64,000 nt of DNA from an uncultured Gammaproteobacteria bacterium. GTDB taxonomy: Bacteria; Pseudomonadota; Gammaproteobacteria; Steroidobacterales; Steroidobacteraceae. Numbering within the stretch: position 1 is the stretch's first letter; each line of letters opens with the position of its first letter. Below the pieces are notes generated by a model, which did not search any database, was not told where the DNA came from, and saw only the letters and a program-made list of their open reading frames with translations. Below are positions 60,133 to 64,000 of this stretch, one piece after another. The stretch spans positions 1,527,624-1,591,623 of the forward strand of contig CAVZZW010000004.1 of NCBI GenBank assembly GCA_963779985.1, in the 5' to 3' direction. A program made the translations under genes and the position numbers.

Positions 60133-61440
60133 TTGCACGTGCGTGGAATCATAGGAGCCAGACTTTTAGCGAGCCCAGAAGCACAGCCGGGGCGGGGTCC
60201 CTTCGAGATCCGCGATACGCGATTGCCCGGCTTTCTTTTGCGGGTTCAGCCCAGTGGCGCGCGAGCCTATGTCGCTCAAACCGGCCGTGGGGAGCGGGTC
60301 ACATTCGCCAAAGTCGGGGTCCTGACTCCAGACGAAGCACGCGAACGCTGTCAGCTCATACTCGGAAACGTCGCCCACGGTCGCGAACCTCTTCACGGCA
60401 TTGACGGAACAGAAAGAATAACACTCGGGGCCTTTATAGAATCAACGTACAAGCCGTGGCTGTTAGCTAATCGGCCTCGAAGCGCCGTACAAAGCCTCCA
60501 GCGTTTAGAGACCCTTTTTGCAAAATGGAATGCGACCCCTCTCGAACATTTGACCGTTAAAAGTTTCGAAACGTGGAAGCTTGATCGCATCAACCAAGGT
60601 CGCAAGCCATCCACGATCGCACGCGACCTCGCGACAATCTCTGGCGTTTTGAGTCGAGCCGTGAAACTCGACAAACTAGCGTCAAACATCATTAGAAAAG
60701 TTGATGTGCCGAAGTTAGACCGTTCACCAAAGGTGCGATACCTCAGCATCGAGGAAGCGGGACGCCTGCGCACCGCGCTGAGAACCCGAGACCATAAAAT
60801 GCGTATGCAACGGGAGTCGGCAAATAAATGGCGAAGATCTAGACAAAAAAAACAATTGCCCAATTTCGAGGATTTCGCCGACCATCTCGAGCCAGCAATT
60901 ATTTTGAGCCTCAACACGGGCATCCGTCGGGGAGAACTTCTTGGACTCAAATGGAGTTCTATCGATATGACTAATAAAATCCTTACCATTGACGGCGTCG
61001 GATCGAAAACGATGCAAACACGCCATATACCACTCAACACTGAAGCAATGAATGTTCTAGAGCGCTGGAAGAAACAAACGACGGGCGAACGTCCTTTCCC
61101 ATTTACAGGCTTAAAGACAGCGTGGAACGCCTTGTTAGGGCAGGCAAAGATTGAAGCGTTTCGCTGGCACGACATGCGGCACGATTTCGCAAGTAGACTC
61201 GCCTCTAAGGGCGTGCCGCTCAATACAATACGCGAACTCCTTGGGCACCAGTCTTTAGCTATGACACTGCGCTACGCGCACCTGCAGCCAGATCAAAAGG
61301 CGGCGGCGGTGGCCACACTAGTTGACTTGAGTAGTCTAACGCAAGGAGCAGCCGCGAATGCGCCGGCTGCTCGCTCGTCATCAAGCCCTAAGGCGCGTTT
61401 GCGCGCTCCACACCCGCTAGGCGGCGCCGCGCGAGGCTGA
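60133..61440 (+). CDS. P4-type tyrosine integrase (DUF4102 N-terminal arm-binding domain)
   Basis: [23 protein letters not shown], then the catalytic region [42 protein letters not shown] (R..HxxR..Y). Confidence 0.88.
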   Translation: MHVRGIIGARLLASPEAQPGRGPFEIRDTRLPGFLLRVQPSGARAYVAQTGRGERVTFAKVGVLTPDEARERCQLILGNVAHGREPLHGIDGTERITLGAFIESTYKPWLLANRPRSAVQSLQRLETLFAKWNATPLEHLTVKSFETWKLDRINQGRKPSTIARDLATISGVLSRAVKLDKLASNIIRKVDVPKLDRSPKVRYLSIEEAGRLRTALRTRDHKMRMQRESANKWRRSRQKKQLPNFEDFADHLEPAIILSLNTGIRRGELLGLKWSSIDMTNKILTIDGVGSKTMQTRHIPLNTEAMNVLERWKKQTTGERPFPFTGLKTAWNALLGQAKIEAFRWHDMRHDFASRLASKGVPLNTIRELLGHQSLAMTLRYAHLQPDQKAAAVATLVDLSSLTQGAAANAPAARSSSSPKARLRAPHPLGGAARG

Positions 61441-61447
61441 CCTGTGG

Positions 61448-63295
61448 TCATGTCGCCTTGCGTAACAACAACACGCACGGATCGCTCTTTGGCGTCAAAA
61501 TTGTTGTCTGAACTTTCGCCCGAGTTACGCTTACGCGAAAATTCTGTCTTGCATGTGTCAGATCGCCATCCAAAATATTTCCGCGAACGATCCGGTCCGG
61601 ATTGGAAACAATCTTCCCTTTTTGGGTTCTTGGCCATCCCTCGAATATTATGACTTCATCGAACTGTTTCCCTTTGGCCTTGTGCATATTCATAACGATT
61701 ACACCTGACTCGGGCTTGTGTGCGACAGCAAAGTGATGCCGTGTGAATGCCTGCCGAACTATCTGTAATGCATTTTTGTAAGAACCGTTCTGCCGCCAAT
61801 CCAGAGCCAGCGATTCGCGAAGCTCGGTCCCTCGGTCCAATAGCCTAACATTTTTTGCCTCTTCCGCGACCTGGCCGAACCGTTTGCACCCGCATTCCGC
61901 CAGTGCGACACGGATCATGGTCCAATCATCGGCGGGATTTCCCGTCCGCTTTGTCGCCACGCATGTTTCATACCCCGTTGACAATGGAATAACGATGCTA
62001 TTTGCTGGAAGCGACTTCTTCTTCTCCTTACAAATTGTAGCCTTTTCGAAGGCCTTTAAGATGGCGATCGATTCTGAAATATCAGACGCTGAAGGCGCAT
62101 CCCCGCCCCTCCCACGGAAGTAATTGCAGAGAAGATCCAAACACGCCCTGAACTCGCCGTCGGCACCAGCACATTGCAACAAAAAGGCAATGACCTCTGC
62201 CGCGAGAATTGCTCCTTCCATGTCGATTGCCGCGTGGTGAGATATTGATGGCATGGAGGTATCCTTCTCGCGAAATGCGTCTGACACTTGCCGCATCATC
62301 TTTTTGGTCGGCACCAAAATCGCCAGTGTCCAGTTGTTATCCTTAGCCTCGATCAGCCTCTTTCTCGCCTGAAGTGTGTGCCCCTTTAGAGACGCTATCG
62401 CTTGATTACCATTTGCCTCAAAGGTGAAAAGGCGCATCCCTTGATACTTATTCTGAAACTGTCCGCTAAGAATATGATTCCCGAAGAGCGCTATGTCCGT
62501 ACCTGCACTTCGATGATTTTCATCGCCGAGATCAAATTCCTTAGGCTTAAACGTTTCTCTGAAATGGTTCAGACGCTCCGGATCAGCGCCGATGAAGTCA
62601 TATATTCTTTGCTCTGCGTCCGCCAACGCGATGAGCGTACTGGCTATCCCGAGTCTTTGAACTACGCGCCATTGCTCCGCGTTCGTGTCCTGAAATTCAT
62701 CAAGAACAATTACTGGATATACGGATGAGATCAACTCCCTGATCTTTCGGCTTCCGGTCAGTATTGTCGCAGTGAGATCAGCAAACAAATCGAAGCAGAC
62801 CTTGCCATCTTCGAATGCAAGGCGTCGGACTTCGTTGCTTTCTCGCTGTATCTTGTCTATCCCCCGAGCGGGCGTCAGCTTCTTAATTGGACCAAACTCG
62901 TGCCTGATTTGAGATAGGGCAACGGCCTGCGCGGAGGGCGTGAGAATCTCTAACTTGCGTGGCATTCCGAGCAGGTAGCCATGCGTCTTCAGAATTCTCC
63001 AAAAGAACGCATGGTATGTATCAACCTCCACGCGCCTGCGTACCTCGGCATTATTTCCGGTGTGTTCGTCCAATGCTTCCAATATGCGAGCCACGGTAGC
63101 CCGCGCAAAGCTGAGGAAGAGCACCCTTTGAGTGTGCCGCGGCAGCCTTGCAACTAAGAGGTCCGCCTTTATGATGGACACAGTGGTCTTGCCAGAGCCG
63201 GGGCCGCCATGGACAAGCAGATGGCCCGCTTGAGCAATTATTCCCTTCTTCTTTTCCGATAGCTCAAACAAGGTCCACCGCATCCTCATCGACAC
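61448..63295 (-). CDS. UvrD/Rep-family SF1 helicase (GajB-like)
   Basis: VHGGPGSGKTTV (Walker A), VLDEFQDTN (motif II), MNMHKAKGKQFD, RVSVTRAK (motif VI). Confidence 0.85.
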   Translation of the reverse strand: MSMRMRWTLFELSEKKKGIIAQAGHLLVHGGPGSGKTTVSIIKADLLVARLPRHTQRVLFLSFARATVARILEALDEHTGNNAEVRRRVEVDTYHAFFWRILKTHGYLLGMPRKLEILTPSAQAVALSQIRHEFGPIKKLTPARGIDKIQRESNEVRRLAFEDGKVCFDLFADLTATILTGSRKIRELISSVYPVIVLDEFQDTNAEQWRVVQRLGIASTLIALADAEQRIYDFIGADPERLNHFRETFKPKEFDLGDENHRSAGTDIALFGNHILSGQFQNKYQGMRLFTFEANGNQAIASLKGHTLQARKRLIEAKDNNWTLAILVPTKKMMRQVSDAFREKDTSMPSISHHAAIDMEGAILAAEVIAFLLQCAGADGEFRACLDLLCNYFRGRGGDAPSASDISESIAILKAFEKATICKEKKKSLPANSIVIPLSTGYETCVATKRTGNPADDWTMIRVALAECGCKRFGQVAEEAKNVRLLDRGTELRESLALDWRQNGSYKNALQIVRQAFTRHHFAVAHKPESGVIVMNMHKAKGKQFDEVIIFEGWPRTQKGKIVSNPDRIVRGNILDGDLTHARQNFRVSVTRAKVQTTILTPKSDPCVLLLRKAT

Positions 63296-64000
63296 CTGTT
63301 TCCTTTGGCTGCCCTTCCTCGTTTAGGCTATCTTCTTCTTTTTCTGATTCAATCTTCGCGGGTTGACAGAGGCCGCGTAGGCTTTGGCAAGTCTGTCGAA
63401 TCCACTCTGGAATTTCATCTTCAGAACACTGCGAGAGAAACTCCGCCATGCCCCAGTTCCCTTTCGACCAGTCAAAATAGTCAGCTAGAAACGCTGCTGC
63501 CGACGCCTTTGGGTCGGCGTACTTCGACTTCAGGTGAGGGGGGACCTGAAGCGCGTCAATGAAACGCTCCATTGCCACCTTGGGGGTGTTCTTGAGAACG
63601 AGTTTTTCAAGGTCCGATTCGTCATGCATAAATAGCTTGGCAACCTGGCCCTCTATAGCCTTTTGACTTTCTGGAGTCTGGCTGTCACACACCGCGAAAA
63701 CGGTTTTTCCCAAACTGCCGTAAAGCTTCGCGAGATCGGCGATCTGCGAGTCTGTCCCAGCGTCCACCGTACAGATGCCAAGCGCTTCGAATGACGAATA
63801 CATATCGGGTCGAAGTTCTTCCAGGCGTCGCGCGGCGGCTGGGATCGAGGTCGCTTCAGTTGCACCTTCTGCCAGAAGAAGCCGCCGCGATAGCAAGCCT
63901 TCGCAAAATCGGGTCCGGAATTCCTGCCTGTATCGTTTTTGCTTTACGCTCGCGGGCAGCTCCACGGTCGCCTGCGTCATTTCGCCTTCGGCAGATCGCG
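63264..64000 (-). CDS. C-terminal TOPRIM part of an OLD-family nuclease (GajA-like); N-terminal ATPase part lies outside the window
   Basis: LLLAEGATEATSIP..GICTVDAGTDSQI..VFAVCDSQ is TOPRIM-like. My check shows the frame is open from 63980 to base 64000 (..RSAEGEMTQ..), so the listed Met is internal. It overlaps the helicase start by 32 nt. Confidence 0.62.
   Translation of the reverse strand, partial: RSAEGEMTQATVELPASVKQKRYRQEFRTRFCEGLLSRRLLLAEGATEATSIPAAARRLEELRPDMYSSFEALGICTVDAGTDSQIADLAKLYGSLGKTVFAVCDSQTPESQKAIEGQVAKLFMHDESDLEKLVLKNTPKVAMERFIDALQVPPHLKSKYADPKASAAAFLADYFDWSKGNWGMAEFLSQCSEDEIPEWIRQTCQSLRGLCQPAKIESEKEEDSLNEEGQPKETGVDEDAVDLV

Larger units (their letters stand above)
59893..64000. 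mobile_element. Left end of an integrase-associated genomic island (continues beyond the window)
   Basis: Three observations support this: the partial tRNA repeat, an adjacent tyrosine integrase, and a GC drop. Hand counts gave 40% at line 62401 against 58-70% in core lines. Confidence 0.6.

Noticed and set aside
60393-61223. 276-aa minus-strand ORF
   Set aside because: It is antisense to the integrase, whose catalytic R..HxxR..Y motifs are clear.

Overview
High-GC proteobacterial chromosome segment; gene order suggests a gammaproteobacterium of the Xanthomonadales/Nevskiales type, but that is an inference. GC was hand-counted on single 60-nt lines: about 58-70% in core genes.

Layout:
- 1-39 kb is housekeeping: prfC, rimI, udg, pssA, proS, hda, purMN, dcd, apbC, metG, nth, the aceE-aceF-lpdA pyruvate dehydrogenase operon, pyrC, rnt, grxD and nadC.
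- Between apbC and metG sits a three-gene module: a HEAT-repeat Ser/Thr kinase plus two PilT-family ATPases. A 169-nt palindromic element lies inside it.
- 39-44 kb is a candidate lipid-tailoring cluster: cytochrome P450, a fatty acyl-AMP ligase fused to a carrier domain, and two acyltransferases.
- 44-59.9 kb is a compositionally mixed accessory stretch. It holds a Tat-exported flavin amine oxidase coupled to a cytochrome c, merR-merTP plus a GDCCVxC protein with no merA, a vapC toxin with a Phd/YefM-type antitoxin, and an orphan HigA-like antidote.
- At 59893-59937 a 3' half of tRNA-Thr(CGU) marks the edge of a low-GC island (about 40% on one line). The island carries a P4-type integrase and a Gabija-like OLD nuclease plus UvrD helicase pair, cut by the window end.

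I found no rRNA, intact tRNA, CRISPR array or transposase.

At least 17 apparent frameshifts interrupt otherwise well-conserved genes, several of them essential. About two thirds lie in the first 12 kb, and some sit at G-runs. I read these as indel errors in the assembly, not real pseudogenes. All family assignments come from motifs I recognised by eye in the supplied translations or in my own hand translations. No database search was run.
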